NCBI GenBank assembly: GCA_016937795.1
Contig: JAFGVV010000065.1
Span: 6,429-70,428 of the forward strand
Direction of reading: 5' to 3'
Length of the DNA: 64,000 nt
From: Paludibacteraceae bacterium
GTDB lineage: Bacteria; Bacteroidota; Bacteroidia; Bacteroidales; Paludibacteraceae
Part shown: positions 38,181-48,978 of the stretch, in pieces
How positions within the stretch are numbered: the first letter of the stretch is position 1
Layout: each line of letters starts with the position of its first letter
The notes under the pieces: generated by a model
Seen by the model: only the letters and a program-made list of their open reading frames with translations
What the model was told of the DNA's origin: nothing
Database searches by the model: none
Program-made: the position numbers and the translations under genes

Positions 38181-39629
38181 TTATTTAAATTTAAAAGTAA
38201 CCACAGATTCGTTGTACTGGTCGTAAGTGAATTTTCGATTAGCAATGCGAATGCTGTATTTCTGCTTGGCACCACTGCGGTTAAGAACGACTACCACTTT
38301 ACTGCCATCGGTATTCATAAACGACGAAACGGTGAAACCACCGGGCCAGTTGGTCGAACTGTTTTTGATGCGCAAAGCATTCATACGAACCGTCTTTGCA
38401 AAATGTCCGAGTAAATAGTATTCTTCGTTTCGCTGATATTTCCCATCAATTTTTATAGTCACAACACCACGGCAATTCTGACAACCGCCGGTGGTAGTGG
38501 TAGGGCCATTTTTTTCGTTGAGCGCCAGATTCCACATCAGAAAGTTTTTCGAACCGCGACTTACTGAAGCCATTAGAAATTCTTTCATGTACCAGAACAT
38601 ATTTCCCATGCGAGTGTCGGTGTTCCAACCTCCGCCCGATTGCTCGGTAAAATAAACGTCCTTATCCGGATGTTTTTCCTGCAAAAGATCAATGGCCGAA
38701 GCATTTCCGCCGTAACCATGCCAGCCTGTTCCTGCTACAAATTGCCGTGTAACCGGATCGTTGAGAATATTCATGGGGTAATAGGACATATCGAAATTAT
38801 GATCCCAAATAATGATTTTTGTTGTGATATTGTTGGCCACGAATTTTGGTCCGAGGTAATCGCGGATAATTTCGTTTTGTTCCTGCCAAAGCATTTTCAT
38901 GGTAGGATAACCGTTGGTTTCATGCATGGGTTCGTTCTGAAGTGTAATAGCTTCAATATGAATTCCTTCGGCTTCGAACGCTTTTATGTATTTCACAAAA
39001 TATTCTGCAAAATCGTTGTACACTTCTTTCCCTTTCAGGCTGCCACCATTCATGTGGTTATTGGCTTTCATCCATGCCGGAGCACTCCAGGGACTTGCCA
39101 AAATTTTAATATCCGGATTTATTGCCAAAATCTGACGCAATACAGGAATTAAATCTGTTTTATCCCGTTCGGGAATATCAAAGGTATTAATATCAGGATT
39201 GTCGCAATAACTGTAGGTGCCAATCGAAAAATCGGAAGAACCAATGGTAATGCGCAGATAGTTAATACCAATTCCATTTTTAGCATCAAACAAATCTTCG
39301 AGCAGCGGAGTTCTGTCGGCCGAATTCAACTGATTAATCAGAAAAGCCGAAGAGCCTGTAAGCGCAGCACCAAACCCATCCATACGCTGATAAGTGGTGG
39401 TAGTGTCGAGTACGATGGTGAAATTACCAATGTCGCGCGAGAAATTTATCGGAAGCTGTTTCTGGTGCAGATGTACTTCGTTGTCGGTTGTAAGCCATAA
39501 ATTTACATCTCCAACTGAATCAACAGGATTCGGGTCCGGATCAGGATCCTGTGTGACAGGGTCTTTGCAGCTGTGAATAAGAAGTAAAACAACAATAAAA
39601 AGAATTGATATAGCGGATTTTTGTGACAT
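38181..39629 (-). CDS. GH30 glycoside hydrolase lipoprotein (likely GH30_3 endo-beta-1,6-glucanase type)
   Basis: Lipobox IHSC, GFGAALTGSS, GSSDFS, PWSAPAWMK, QNEP, FTEQSGG and WNLALN. Confidence 0.9.
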   Translation of the reverse strand: MSQKSAISILFIVVLLLIHSCKDPVTQDPDPDPNPVDSVGDVNLWLTTDNEVHLHQKQLPINFSRDIGNFTIVLDTTTTYQRMDGFGAALTGSSAFLINQLNSADRTPLLEDLFDAKNGIGINYLRITIGSSDFSIGTYSYCDNPDINTFDIPERDKTDLIPVLRQILAINPDIKILASPWSAPAWMKANNHMNGGSLKGKEVYNDFAEYFVKYIKAFEAEGIHIEAITLQNEPMHETNGYPTMKMLWQEQNEIIRDYLGPKFVANNITTKIIIWDHNFDMSYYPMNILNDPVTRQFVAGTGWHGYGGNASAIDLLQEKHPDKDVYFTEQSGGGWNTDTRMGNMFWYMKEFLMASVSRGSKNFLMWNLALNEKNGPTTTTGGCQNCRGVVTIKIDGKYQRNEEYYLLGHFAKTVRMNALRIKNSSTNWPGGFTVSSFMNTDGSKVVVVLNRSGAKQKYSIRIANRKFTYDQYNESVVTFKFK

Positions 39630-39644
39630 AGTATATAAGAATAG

Positions 39645-39676
39645 TTCATCCGATAAGCAATTGCCTATCGGATGAA
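39645..39676. other. Intra-PUL stem-loop between the SGBP and GH30 genes
   Basis: TTCATCCGATA/TATCGGATGAA 11-bp perfect stem, extendable through the loop; no strong U-tract. Confidence 0.7.
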
Positions 39677-39686
39677 TATTGACTTT

Positions 39687-41138
39687 CTATTTTATTTTTT
39701 CAAATGTACTTACTTTATTGTTAATGTCAAGTACAAAACGATAAATACCGGGTAAATTTTTAAATTCAGGAGTTCCTGCAAAATTACCTTTGTCGTTCGG
39801 TGAAGGTGAGAACAGATAACCGTTAGCCGGAAGCTGATAGTTTTGCGAGCTTTCTTCGCCTCCCCAACCGCGCTGGTGCATAAATTTCACCCCGAATGTC
39901 AGTCGCCATGGTTCGGCAGCTGTAGGTTCAATTTCGTGTTCGGCGTAGAATACTGATTCGAAAACACCTTCCGATACTTTACGACAGAAATGATATTCGA
40001 GCGGTGAGTTCCAGTTCCACGAATTGGTTTTCACTCCCGGCGTACGTGCAGGACCAGCTCCCACACCAACCAGCCACAAGGCATCAGGATAAACAGCATT
40101 GGGTTGTTCTACAAATACATACTCAAGTCCGGGATGGAAATAAACAGTATATATACCTGTTTTGCCAAGGAATTTTACTGTATTTGCACCAGTTGGTTCA
40201 AAGAATGTTGGATTCATGCAGTTCGCCACATCGCTAAGTCCGGTAATGGTCATTTCGGTGCCTTCGCCCAAATACATTACCGTGCTTTTCCAGTCCTCTT
40301 TGGTAGCCACATTCATATGGTCGATAGAAGTTAGTTGTACTGTGCCAAAATTGCTGATATTCATTGTGGTAGCCGGCATAAGTTTGTCACCTTCGCCACC
40401 TACGGTAAAATTAAACAAATCGAGTGTTATTTTTTTGAAACCAACCAAAGTCGGATCGTAAAGCTTTATCACATCGCCCGACACAGTGGTAGTATTGCCT
40501 TCCACTGTTACATCAACCAGACTCATAGCGCCATTCACAGTCCCAAAAACCAGATTTTCAGGATTTAACCAGTCGATTTTTTTGAAACGGTTTACTTTTG
40601 TGGCTAACCTGAAAGTAATGTCATTAGTAAAAGTCAGACCTTCGGCAGTGTAAATATTATTTGCTGCATCGGTAAGTTGCATTTCGACAGTAGCTGTGGG
40701 AGTTACCAAAAATATCGAAGGTATTTCGGGACGCGAAGCAATGGTGCTTGCAATGATTGTGTCCTTTTTGGTTCCTTCCACATTTTCAGAACTTAAATGT
40801 ACTTCCACCTCGGCGCCATGAGGCATACGGGCTACAAACGGAATCCAGTATTTCTGGGTGTAAGTAGCCGCATGATCTTTAGTTCTTACTTTTTCAGTCG
40901 CAATGATTTCGTCGCCAACCACTACTTTTATGCTAAGTGTGGAAAGTGGGGTGAGCGGGTCGGAAACGCCTACCGATAAAGTGATCGATTCGCCGTACAT
41001 AATGGCCGTTTCAGCCACTGAGGCACTATCGAAAACGGGCATCGAATCCGGGAAGTGAACGCGAAGTTCCTCCTCCTGACATGAAGCAAAAAATACTGCC
41101 ATCAGCCCGACTATTGTGAATTTAAATATGTTTTTCAT
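39687..41138 (-). CDS. Surface glycan-binding lipoprotein (DUF5125/DUF5121-like, BT3313-type)
   Basis: Lipobox FASC, PLSTL...VRTK N-terminus, Trp-rich C-terminal domains; lies directly after susD. Confidence 0.72.
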   Translation of the reverse strand: MKNIFKFTIVGLMAVFFASCQEEELRVHFPDSMPVFDSASVAETAIMYGESITLSVGVSDPLTPLSTLSIKVVVGDEIIATEKVRTKDHAATYTQKYWIPFVARMPHGAEVEVHLSSENVEGTKKDTIIASTIASRPEIPSIFLVTPTATVEMQLTDAANNIYTAEGLTFTNDITFRLATKVNRFKKIDWLNPENLVFGTVNGAMSLVDVTVEGNTTTVSGDVIKLYDPTLVGFKKITLDLFNFTVGGEGDKLMPATTMNISNFGTVQLTSIDHMNVATKEDWKSTVMYLGEGTEMTITGLSDVANCMNPTFFEPTGANTVKFLGKTGIYTVYFHPGLEYVFVEQPNAVYPDALWLVGVGAGPARTPGVKTNSWNWNSPLEYHFCRKVSEGVFESVFYAEHEIEPTAAEPWRLTFGVKFMHQRGWGGEESSQNYQLPANGYLFSPSPNDKGNFAGTPEFKNLPGIYRFVLDINNKVSTFEKIK

Positions 41139-41161
41139 TTTTCGTTGAATGTTTTAATGAA

Positions 41162-42685
41162 TTAATAACCCGGGTTCTGAACAAGATTGGTATTTAAGTC
41201 GATAGCCGTAGATGGTATCGGAAACAAATAAGAAGTTTCGGTGAATGTACGGCGTAGTGGTAAGCGACCGCTATCGCGCGAATTGAGCGAGTTCATCACT
41301 TCCTCCACTTTTTCGTAACGCACAAGGTCGAACCAGCGCTGTCCTTCGAAAGCAAGTTCCAAACGTCTTTCTTTCAGAATGGCATTCAACATGCTTTCTT
41401 TCGAGGCTTTAGCACTTGCAGGCAAAGCCGGAAGCGAAACACGTGTTCTAACCTGATTTACAATGGCCTCGGCAGCTTCCAGATTGGCAGCACCATCAAG
41501 ATTAGCCAATGCTTCAGCCTTCAAAAGCAGAATATCAGCAAATCGCATTTTGATAATACTATGAGCAGCCGAACGCATTTTGTACATAAAAGGATAATTG
41601 TTCGAAGGATAATAATTGCTCCAGCCTGCCTGATAATACACAATTGATTCATTTTTGCGAATCTGATCGTTTTCAGCATCGAAAGCTGCAATCAGGTCGC
41701 GCGATGGGGTTACCCATTTTGACCACGAGAAGTTGGCCTCGGGATCGAGCAAGTCTTTTCCAAACATCCATGTAACCCAGTTTCCACCACCGGTAAAAAA
41801 GTTTACTTCGAGAATAGATTCCGCTGTCGATCTGTTTTTCAGGTCGGTACCCGCTGCATTCATAGCATAAATATCCGAATAGCTTGGATTTAGCGTGAAT
41901 CCGTCAGCAATCACCTCGTTACAATATTGCAATACTTTTGCATAATCGCGTGCAGGTTTTTCGGCATATACTTTTGCCAAAAGTGCTCTTGCTACCGATT
42001 TCGAAAGTTTTGTTTTGTCGCCGGCGCTGTTGATAGGAGCATCTACAATGGCTTCTGTCAAATCTTTTATCATTTGTGCATAAGCCTCTGATGGTTCAGT
42101 TTGTTTCGGATAATACAAAGGATAAACTTCCTCGATATTTTCGGCAGTAATATCGGTTCCTTCTTTCGTTACCACAGGAATATTTCCCCAAAGGCGAATC
42201 ATGTCGAACCAAACCAGCGATCTGAAAATTTTGGCTTCGGCTTTCCATTGTTTACGTTCAGTCGCTGTAAGCGTGGCATCTGGCACTTTGTCGATATTTT
42301 CAATCACAGTATTCGCCTGTGCCACATCTGCAAGATATCTGTCCCAGTCGCGACCAATTACACTGTTTCCACCGTCAATCGAATTGTTTTCAACAGGTAT
42401 AACCTGCGAACCGGTACTGCCTGCGTATGAATTATCGGAGCGTGTTTCGCTAAGCATAATCAAATCGAGGTACCAATGTTCCTGATCCTGAAGTTTCTGG
42501 TAAAGCGACTGATATTGAGAGTACATCTCGGCTCTTGTTTTGTATTTAATGGAGTCGGTGCCCGATGTTTGTCCGTATGTTTTTTCAGAATATTCCGAAA
42601 TCGGATCGTAGTCGAGCGAGCAGGAAGCAGCAGTAAGTGCCAATGCGCCTGCAAAAAGTATTTTTGAAATATATTTTGTCTTCAT
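41162..42685 (-). CDS. susD: SusD/RagB-family lipoprotein
   Basis: Lipobox AASC, AEAKIFRS...FDMIRLWGNIP, MRFADILLLKAEA and ERRLELAFEGQRWFDLVR. Confidence 0.95.
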   Translation of the reverse strand: MKTKYISKILFAGALALTAASCSLDYDPISEYSEKTYGQTSGTDSIKYKTRAEMYSQYQSLYQKLQDQEHWYLDLIMLSETRSDNSYAGSTGSQVIPVENNSIDGGNSVIGRDWDRYLADVAQANTVIENIDKVPDATLTATERKQWKAEAKIFRSLVWFDMIRLWGNIPVVTKEGTDITAENIEEVYPLYYPKQTEPSEAYAQMIKDLTEAIVDAPINSAGDKTKLSKSVARALLAKVYAEKPARDYAKVLQYCNEVIADGFTLNPSYSDIYAMNAAGTDLKNRSTAESILEVNFFTGGGNWVTWMFGKDLLDPEANFSWSKWVTPSRDLIAAFDAENDQIRKNESIVYYQAGWSNYYPSNNYPFMYKMRSAAHSIIKMRFADILLLKAEALANLDGAANLEAAEAIVNQVRTRVSLPALPASAKASKESMLNAILKERRLELAFEGQRWFDLVRYEKVEEVMNSLNSRDSGRLPLRRTFTETSYLFPIPSTAIDLNTNLVQNPGY

Positions 42686-42700
42686 CTGATTCGTAATTTA

Positions 42701-45700
42701 TTAAAATTCAACATTTAATCCTACAATGAAAGTACGGGTTTGCGGATAGGTTCCCCAGTCAATGCCCTGTACTGTACCACTGTTTCCCCACTGATTTACT
42801 TCAGGGTCGAAACCGAGGTAATTTGTGAAAGTAAACAGGTTCGAAGCTGTCATGTAGGGTTGAAGTTTGGTAATACCCAGTTTTTTCATTTTGGCAGGAG
42901 ATACATTGTACGATAAAGTTACGTCTTTAATTCTCAGGAAGCTACCATCTTCGATATAATATGACGATACTTTCATGTCGTAACCGGCTTTAGGAATTGA
43001 GGTAATCATACCCGGACGACGCCAGCGATCAAGCACGCGGGTCGATTGGTTTTTGGCATCGTACATACCTTCGGTTTCCATACGCGAAGCATTGTAAATG
43101 TCGTTTCCATAAGAACCCTGAAGCAAGATACTCAAATCGAAGTTTTTGTACGAGAAGAAATTGGTCATACCAAAAGTAAAATCCGGATTCGGGTCTCCGA
43201 TATAAGTTTTATCCGAAGTGGTAATTGAACCATCGTTATTAATATCACGATACATCAGTTCACCTGTTTCAGGATCAACTCCATCACTGAAATATCCGTA
43301 GAATCCTCCGAGTGAATGACCGGGCTCGTTTCTTACCACAAATTCAGTAATGTTTTCGCTTGTTTTTGCAGCATAATATACCTGCGAAAGAACTAATTTC
43401 GTCAATTGGTTTTTATTGGTCGAAATATTGAAATCAGTATTCCATTTGAAATTCTTTTTGTCGATATTTCTTGAATTAATACTGAATTCAAAACCTTTGT
43501 TCGACATTTCACCTTCGTTACGTGTAATAGTCGAAGCTGTAGAAGCACCAGCAGGAAGTGTTACATACATCAACATATCGGTTGTATACTTCGAATAATA
43601 ATCAAACGCAAAAGTCAGTCTGTTTTTCAAAATAGTCAAATCGAGACCGAAGTTGGTTTGAGTGGTTGTTTCCCAGGTAAGGTCAGAGTTGCGGAGTTCG
43701 TTCATTGTAATTACAGGTACTGCAAGAGCTTTCCCATCTTCCCACCAGTTCTGACGGTTGATTACAAAGCGTTGCAAATAACTATAATCACTCAGGCCGG
43801 CCTGATTACCGGTTTGTCCCCAGCCTCCGCGGATTTTTAAATCATCAATCCATGTAAGGTCTTTCATGAAATTTTCAGACGAAACACGCCAAGCGGCCGA
43901 TGCAGATGGGAAATATCCCCAACGATGATTCGGATTCAGTTTCGACGAACCGTCCACACGCATATTTACAGTGGCCAGATATTTACTGTCGTAGTTGTAG
44001 GCCAAACGTCCTACGTATGACATAATAGCCCAGGCTGATTCAAATGAGCCACTTCCCTGCGACACTTTGTTACCGGCATTTACAGTTTTAATACTTCCAT
44101 CGTGAAAGTATTGTGAACTAACATAAGATTTGCTGTAGTTTGATGTGGTAGCCGATGTTCCACCCATAAAATCAACATTGTGTTTGTCGAACGATTGATT
44201 GTAACTTAAAATATTATCGTAAATCATTACAGTTCCAATCGAACGATCATCGCTCGAAACACCACCCATTGTGCGTCCATAGCCTGTTTTTACAGGGTCG
44301 AGGAAGCTTGTGTAATTGTTGTAAAGACGGTCGAGTGTTACCGAAGAACGTAGCTTTAAGTTCGGGAGAAAACTGATTTCAGCACTTCCGGTACTTATCA
44401 AACGATTATTTAGAGCTTTATTGTCGGCTGTGCGCGACATGTTTTCAACCGGTGTTGTAATGTTTACACCGTAGAAATTATCATAATATTGTCCGGGGTT
44501 ATTTTCGTCCCAAATAGGAGCGTAAGTAGGTGCGTTGATAACCGATAGTACCACACCGGCTCTATTGGCACCCAATCCACTCACAATTCCATTGCTTTTG
44601 TAGTCGGAATATGAGATGTTCGCACCGATTTTCAGCCATGGACGAATCTGATTCTCAATATTCGAACGGAAATTAAAACGTTCGAAATAGGCAACCTTGA
44701 TAATACCTTCTTCGCCGGTGTAACCTGCCGAAAGATAGTAGTTGATTTTATCGGTAGCATTCGAAATCGAAAGCTGATAGTTCTGAGTCAATGCGTTTTG
44801 GAAAGTTTCGTCGTACCAATCTGTTCTGTCGGTAAGTGTGGCAGGCAAAGCGGTGGTCGATCCCATATCTTCGAGCAGTTCGCGATATTGATCTACATTC
44901 AGCGATTCGATGCGTTTTGTAAGGCTTGTAACCCCTGCATAAGCATTCAGCGAAATTTTTCCTTTTCCTTTGATACCTGTTTTTGTTGTAATAAGAATAA
45001 CACCATTGGCTGCACGCGAACCGTAAATGGCTGCCGAAGAGGCATCTTTCAATACCTGCATGCTTTCAATGTCGTTGGCCGAAAGGAACGAAATATTATC
45101 AAGCGTTACACCATCCACAACGTACAAGGGGTCGTTGCTTGAGTTCATAGAAGTGGTACCACGCACACGAATCACCATTCCTTCGCCCGGAAGTCCGTTT
45201 GGTTTTATAACTGATACACCGGCAGCTTTTCCCTGTAAAGCCTGGTCGGCCGAAACGATGGGGCGCTGATCGAGGTCTTTTGTCGAAACAGTGGTTATGG
45301 CCGTGGTTACGTCGCGTTTTTTTACCGATCCGTAACCAATCACCACAACTTCGTCGAGTGCTTTGGTGTCTTCTTCAAGGGTGATTCTGAGGTTTCTTTC
45401 TGAACCCACTTTTATTTCCTTTGGATTCATCCCAATGTAACTGATCACCAAAACGTCGCCCTGCGATGCTTCGATGCTGAATTTCCCATCGAAATCGGTG
45501 ATTGTACCTGTAGTTGTTCCTTTTATCAGTACGTTTGCACCGATAATTGACTCATTTCTACTGTCTGACACTACACCGTTGATCACGGTTTTTTGCGCAA
45601 ACAAATTGAACGGAAGTGCCAATGTCAACATCAGCACAAACCGTAGCAGATTTGTTCTGCCGACAGAAAAGACTGTCCTTTTTTGTTTTTCGTGAGTGAT

Positions 45701-45706
45701 TTTCAT
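42701..45706 (-). CDS. susC: SusC/RagA TonB-dependent transporter
   Basis: CarboxypepD-like N-domain, EVVVIGYG, PLYVVDG, VLKDASSAAIYGSRAANGVILITTK, DLTWETT and C-terminal YPQTRTFIVGLNVEF. Confidence 0.96.
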   Translation of the reverse strand: MKITHEKQKRTVFSVGRTNLLRFVLMLTLALPFNLFAQKTVINGVVSDSRNESIIGANVLIKGTTTGTITDFDGKFSIEASQGDVLVISYIGMNPKEIKVGSERNLRITLEEDTKALDEVVVIGYGSVKKRDVTTAITTVSTKDLDQRPIVSADQALQGKAAGVSVIKPNGLPGEGMVIRVRGTTSMNSSNDPLYVVDGVTLDNISFLSANDIESMQVLKDASSAAIYGSRAANGVILITTKTGIKGKGKISLNAYAGVTSLTKRIESLNVDQYRELLEDMGSTTALPATLTDRTDWYDETFQNALTQNYQLSISNATDKINYYLSAGYTGEEGIIKVAYFERFNFRSNIENQIRPWLKIGANISYSDYKSNGIVSGLGANRAGVVLSVINAPTYAPIWDENNPGQYYDNFYGVNITTPVENMSRTADNKALNNRLISTGSAEISFLPNLKLRSSVTLDRLYNNYTSFLDPVKTGYGRTMGGVSSDDRSIGTVMIYDNILSYNQSFDKHNVDFMGGTSATTSNYSKSYVSSQYFHDGSIKTVNAGNKVSQGSGSFESAWAIMSYVGRLAYNYDSKYLATVNMRVDGSSKLNPNHRWGYFPSASAAWRVSSENFMKDLTWIDDLKIRGGWGQTGNQAGLSDYSYLQRFVINRQNWWEDGKALAVPVITMNELRNSDLTWETTTQTNFGLDLTILKNRLTFAFDYYSKYTTDMLMYVTLPAGASTASTITRNEGEMSNKGFEFSINSRNIDKKNFKWNTDFNISTNKNQLTKLVLSQVYYAAKTSENITEFVVRNEPGHSLGGFYGYFSDGVDPETGELMYRDINNDGSITTSDKTYIGDPNPDFTFGMTNFFSYKNFDLSILLQGSYGNDIYNASRMETEGMYDAKNQSTRVLDRWRRPGMITSIPKAGYDMKVSSYYIEDGSFLRIKDVTLSYNVSPAKMKKLGITKLQPYMTASNLFTFTNYLGFDPEVNQWGNSGTVQGIDWGTYPQTRTFIVGLNVEF

Positions 45707-45825
45707 CTGTATTTAATTGTTTTGTTAATAGTCGAAGTCCACTTACACATAAAAATTATTCTGCACTGCAAGCGTAATTCCTATGGTTCGTTTCATCGGA
45801 TTTAATTTATCTGGTTATTTATGTT

Positions 45826-48129
45826 TTATTTGAATGTAATTTTTGTTTTCAGGCCTCCTATCGTGATCTCAAATTCGCCGGGTTCGGTAACCCATGTATT
45901 GTGCTGATTTACAAATGCAAGGTCTTTGTCGGTGATTTCAAAGCTCACTGTTTTTGTTTCACCGGCTTCGAGCGATATTTTGCTGAATCGGCGAAGTCGT
46001 TTCATATCAGGTGTAATCGAAGCATACAGGTCGCTCGAATATAGTAATACCGATTCTTTTCCACTGCGTTTTCCACTGTTTTTTACATCCACTGTTATTG
46101 TAAGCGTTTCGTCTGCGCTGAATTCTTTTTTCGATACTTTCAGATTGCTGTATTCGAAAGTAGTGTAGCTTAGTCCGTGCCCGAATTCATATTGCGGATT
46201 GTAATCCGATTCGTACACATAGGCTCCTTCGGCACGTTTTTGTTCTTCGGATGGTTTGTGGTAATAAGTCACTAACGAATTCGGATACGATGGATAGGTG
46301 TAGGGCAATTTGCCTGAAGGATTTACATCACCAAACACAATGTCAGCCAATGCATCACCTCCATAGTTGCCCGGCAAATATGTCTGAAACACAGCCTTCA
46401 TTTCTGGCTCGATAGCACTAATACAGCGCGGACGACCTTCGTTAAGTACCAGAATCACAGGCTTGCCTGTTTTCGCGAGTTCTTTTGCAAGGCGTAACTG
46501 ATTCGCACTCAAATTCAGATCGTTCAGATCGCCTGATTTCTCAGTGTATGTGTTTTCGCCTAGACAAAGAATTACAGCATCCACTGTTTTTGCAGCTGCA
46601 ATGGCATTGGCAAACTGATCTTCCACATCTTCAAAATATTTTCCATCGTTTACATAGCTTACGCCGGGAACGTATTTTACGTTGTTTGTGCCAATTTCGT
46701 TTTGTACAGCTTCGAGAATTGTATTAAATTCTTCGGTGTAACGGTCGGTTTTTTCACCCTGCCATGAGTAACTCCAGCCGCCATTCAGCGTACGCATACT
46801 GTTTGCATTCGGACCGGTTACAAGTACTTTTGTCGTTTTTGAAAGCGGCAGTATTTCATTATTGTTTTTTAATAATGTAATAGCTTCTGCAGCCGCCTCG
46901 TAAGCCATGCGTGCCGATTTTTCAGAACCAAATTCAGGATAATCGCTGATATTTGTAACAGCTTGCTCCCAAAGGTTGAGTTTCAGTTTTAGTTTCAGAA
47001 TACGGCGAACTGCATCGTCAATTCGGCTTTCTTTCACTTCTCCTTCTTTTACAAGTGCTATCAGATTGTCGCAAAATGTTTCGTATTCGTAGGGAACCAT
47101 CGACATGTCGATGCCTGCGTTAATAGCAAGTTTAATCGCTTCTTTGTCGTCTTTTGCAATTTTGTCGCGGGTGTGCAGGTTAATAATGTCCATCCAGTCG
47201 GTTACCACTACACCTTCAAAATTGAGCTCTTCTTTCAGCAATTTTGTAATAATATCGTGACTTGCATGTACAGTAATTCCGTTGATAATTCCCGAGTTAA
47301 TCATAACCGATTCGGTGCCGGAAGCAATGGCTGCTTTAAATGGTTCGAGATGATATTCGCGTAATACATTTTCGGGTATGTATGCCGGCGTACGGTCTTT
47401 TCCCGACACAGGGACTGAGTAACCCAGAAAGTGCTTCAAACACGAAGCCACTTTGTATTTTGTGTGAATGCTATCGGTAATACCTTCATAACCTTTAATC
47501 ATTTCCAAACCCATCATTTTTACAAGATATGGATCTTCTCCAAACCCTTCGAACTGACGCGAAAAGCGCGGATCGGCGCCCAAATCGAGTACAGGTGAAA
47601 AATTCCAGGGAATGCTGCTGGCCCTTGTTTCGTAAGCAGTTACACTGGCCATATTGTAAGCATGTGTGGGGTTGAAAGTGGCTGCAAGCGTAATTTGTTG
47701 CGGAAACATAATTGCGCCATCGGTATAAGTAGTTCCATGAATGGCATCAACTCCATAAATTACAGGTATTTGCATTCTTGTTTGCTCCATTGCTACTTTT
47801 TGAATAAAAGTAATGATTTTATTCCATTGTGCAGGTGGCATTGCGTAATTGTTTGTCGTATTCAGAATCGACCCCACATGATATTCCACAATCGCTTTCC
47901 GGATGCGCGCAGTATCAATTTCAAAAGGTACTTTGCTTTCATGACGTCCTTCGCCGTTACCAATCACGTCGAGTGTTATCTGAGTCATTTGTCCTACTTT
48001 TTCTTCCAGCGTCATTTCCGAAATGATTTTATCGATTTTCGCATCTGTTTCGTTTTTGCCCGTACTGCATGAAATGGCAAAAATGGAAAGTAAGATTAAT
48101 GTCAGGCTTCTGTAAAGTGTTTTTCTCAT
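45826..48129 (-). CDS. GH3 beta-glucosidase lipoprotein
   Basis: Lipobox AISC (start MRKTL, 48129), EEKVGQM, GVDAIHG, GEDPYL, CLKHF, nucleophile VTDW, PSGKLPYTYP and an Fn3-like C-domain. Confidence 0.93.
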   Translation of the reverse strand: MRKTLYRSLTLILLSIFAISCSTGKNETDAKIDKIISEMTLEEKVGQMTQITLDVIGNGEGRHESKVPFEIDTARIRKAIVEYHVGSILNTTNNYAMPPAQWNKIITFIQKVAMEQTRMQIPVIYGVDAIHGTTYTDGAIMFPQQITLAATFNPTHAYNMASVTAYETRASSIPWNFSPVLDLGADPRFSRQFEGFGEDPYLVKMMGLEMIKGYEGITDSIHTKYKVASCLKHFLGYSVPVSGKDRTPAYIPENVLREYHLEPFKAAIASGTESVMINSGIINGITVHASHDIITKLLKEELNFEGVVVTDWMDIINLHTRDKIAKDDKEAIKLAINAGIDMSMVPYEYETFCDNLIALVKEGEVKESRIDDAVRRILKLKLKLNLWEQAVTNISDYPEFGSEKSARMAYEAAAEAITLLKNNNEILPLSKTTKVLVTGPNANSMRTLNGGWSYSWQGEKTDRYTEEFNTILEAVQNEIGTNNVKYVPGVSYVNDGKYFEDVEDQFANAIAAAKTVDAVILCLGENTYTEKSGDLNDLNLSANQLRLAKELAKTGKPVILVLNEGRPRCISAIEPEMKAVFQTYLPGNYGGDALADIVFGDVNPSGKLPYTYPSYPNSLVTYYHKPSEEQKRAEGAYVYESDYNPQYEFGHGLSYTTFEYSNLKVSKKEFSADETLTITVDVKNSGKRSGKESVLLYSSDLYASITPDMKRLRRFSKISLEAGETKTVSFEITDKDLAFVNQHNTWVTEPGEFEITIGGLKTKITFK

Positions 48130-48187
48130 TTTTATGTAATTATATTCGTTTGATAAATAGTGTCGAAATGACAATAAGAATTTAGGG

Positions 48188-48219
48188 CAAATTTAGAATA
48201 AATACTAATAACTCCCAAA
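48188..48219 (-). promoter_or_regulatory. Bacteroidota housekeeping-sigma promoter for GH3 and the glucan PUL
   Basis: TTTG (48219-48216) - 20 nt - TAAATTTG (48195-48188). Confidence 0.75.
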
Positions 48220-48224
48220 CTTTA

Positions 48225-48243
48225 TTGTGTTTATTTTACACTA
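48225..48243. promoter_or_regulatory. Putative NrtR operator 1
   Basis: TTGTGT-N7-ACACTA; fits the GT-N7-AC NrtR consensus and lies just upstream of the -33 box. Confidence 0.75.
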
Positions 48244-48345
48244 AGTATTGAAAATATTTATGTCAATGATTTAAAATGTTGATATGTAATGATTAATGAT
48301 GCTTTGGAAAGAAGTTTTTTTTTTGTTGAGAATTTGTCCGGAAAT

Positions 48346-48978
48346 TTATTTTTTAATAAACCCGGCTATGATTTGAGCCATTTCTTTAGTTCCTTCTTCG
48401 TTGGGATGAATATGGTCAGGGAAGAGATCGTGTCTGTCTCTAAGAGGTGTATTGAGGTCGATAAGCTCAATTTTATTCTTTTTGGCAATCTGTTTTATCA
48501 CCGGAATAACTCCCGCATTCAATGTTGAATCGTTGATACCCCATTGTGTGGCAAAAACCGGAACGGGTATGCACATAATTATTTCAGGAGCATTTGGCAG
48601 CGATTTAAGTGTGTCGATCAAGGTTTGATAATCGGCTTCGAATCGAGCGCTGTTCCAGTTTTGTGGTTTGGTGTCGTTCGTACCGAGTTTAATAACCACC
48701 ATATCGGGTTCGAAAGCAAAAATATTGGCAAATTCTTTGGTGTTCCAGTACGAGAAATCGCCTTCTTTCTGAAGTGTAGTTCCACCTTTACCGGAATTTA
48801 GCACCTGAAAACTCTCGCCAAGCAAACTGTCGAGCCGGGCCGGGTAGGAGTATTTGTTTTGCTGAAAAATTCCTGCACCCTCGGTAATGCTATCGCCAAT
48901 GCAAACTATGCGGGTAGGTTTATGGGTGCAGCTTATCATCAGTAAGGCAAGTAGAGCAAAGAATGTAATTTTTTTCAT
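48346..48978 (-). CDS. SGNH/GDSL-family esterase lipoprotein
   Basis: Lipobox MISC, GDSITEG, NSGKGG, KLGTND and DHIHPN catalytic blocks. Confidence 0.9.
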   Translation of the reverse strand: MKKITFFALLALLMISCTHKPTRIVCIGDSITEGAGIFQQNKYSYPARLDSLLGESFQVLNSGKGGTTLQKEGDFSYWNTKEFANIFAFEPDMVVIKLGTNDTKPQNWNSARFEADYQTLIDTLKSLPNAPEIIMCIPVPVFATQWGINDSTLNAGVIPVIKQIAKKNKIELIDLNTPLRDRHDLFPDHIHPNEEGTKEMAQIIAGFIKK

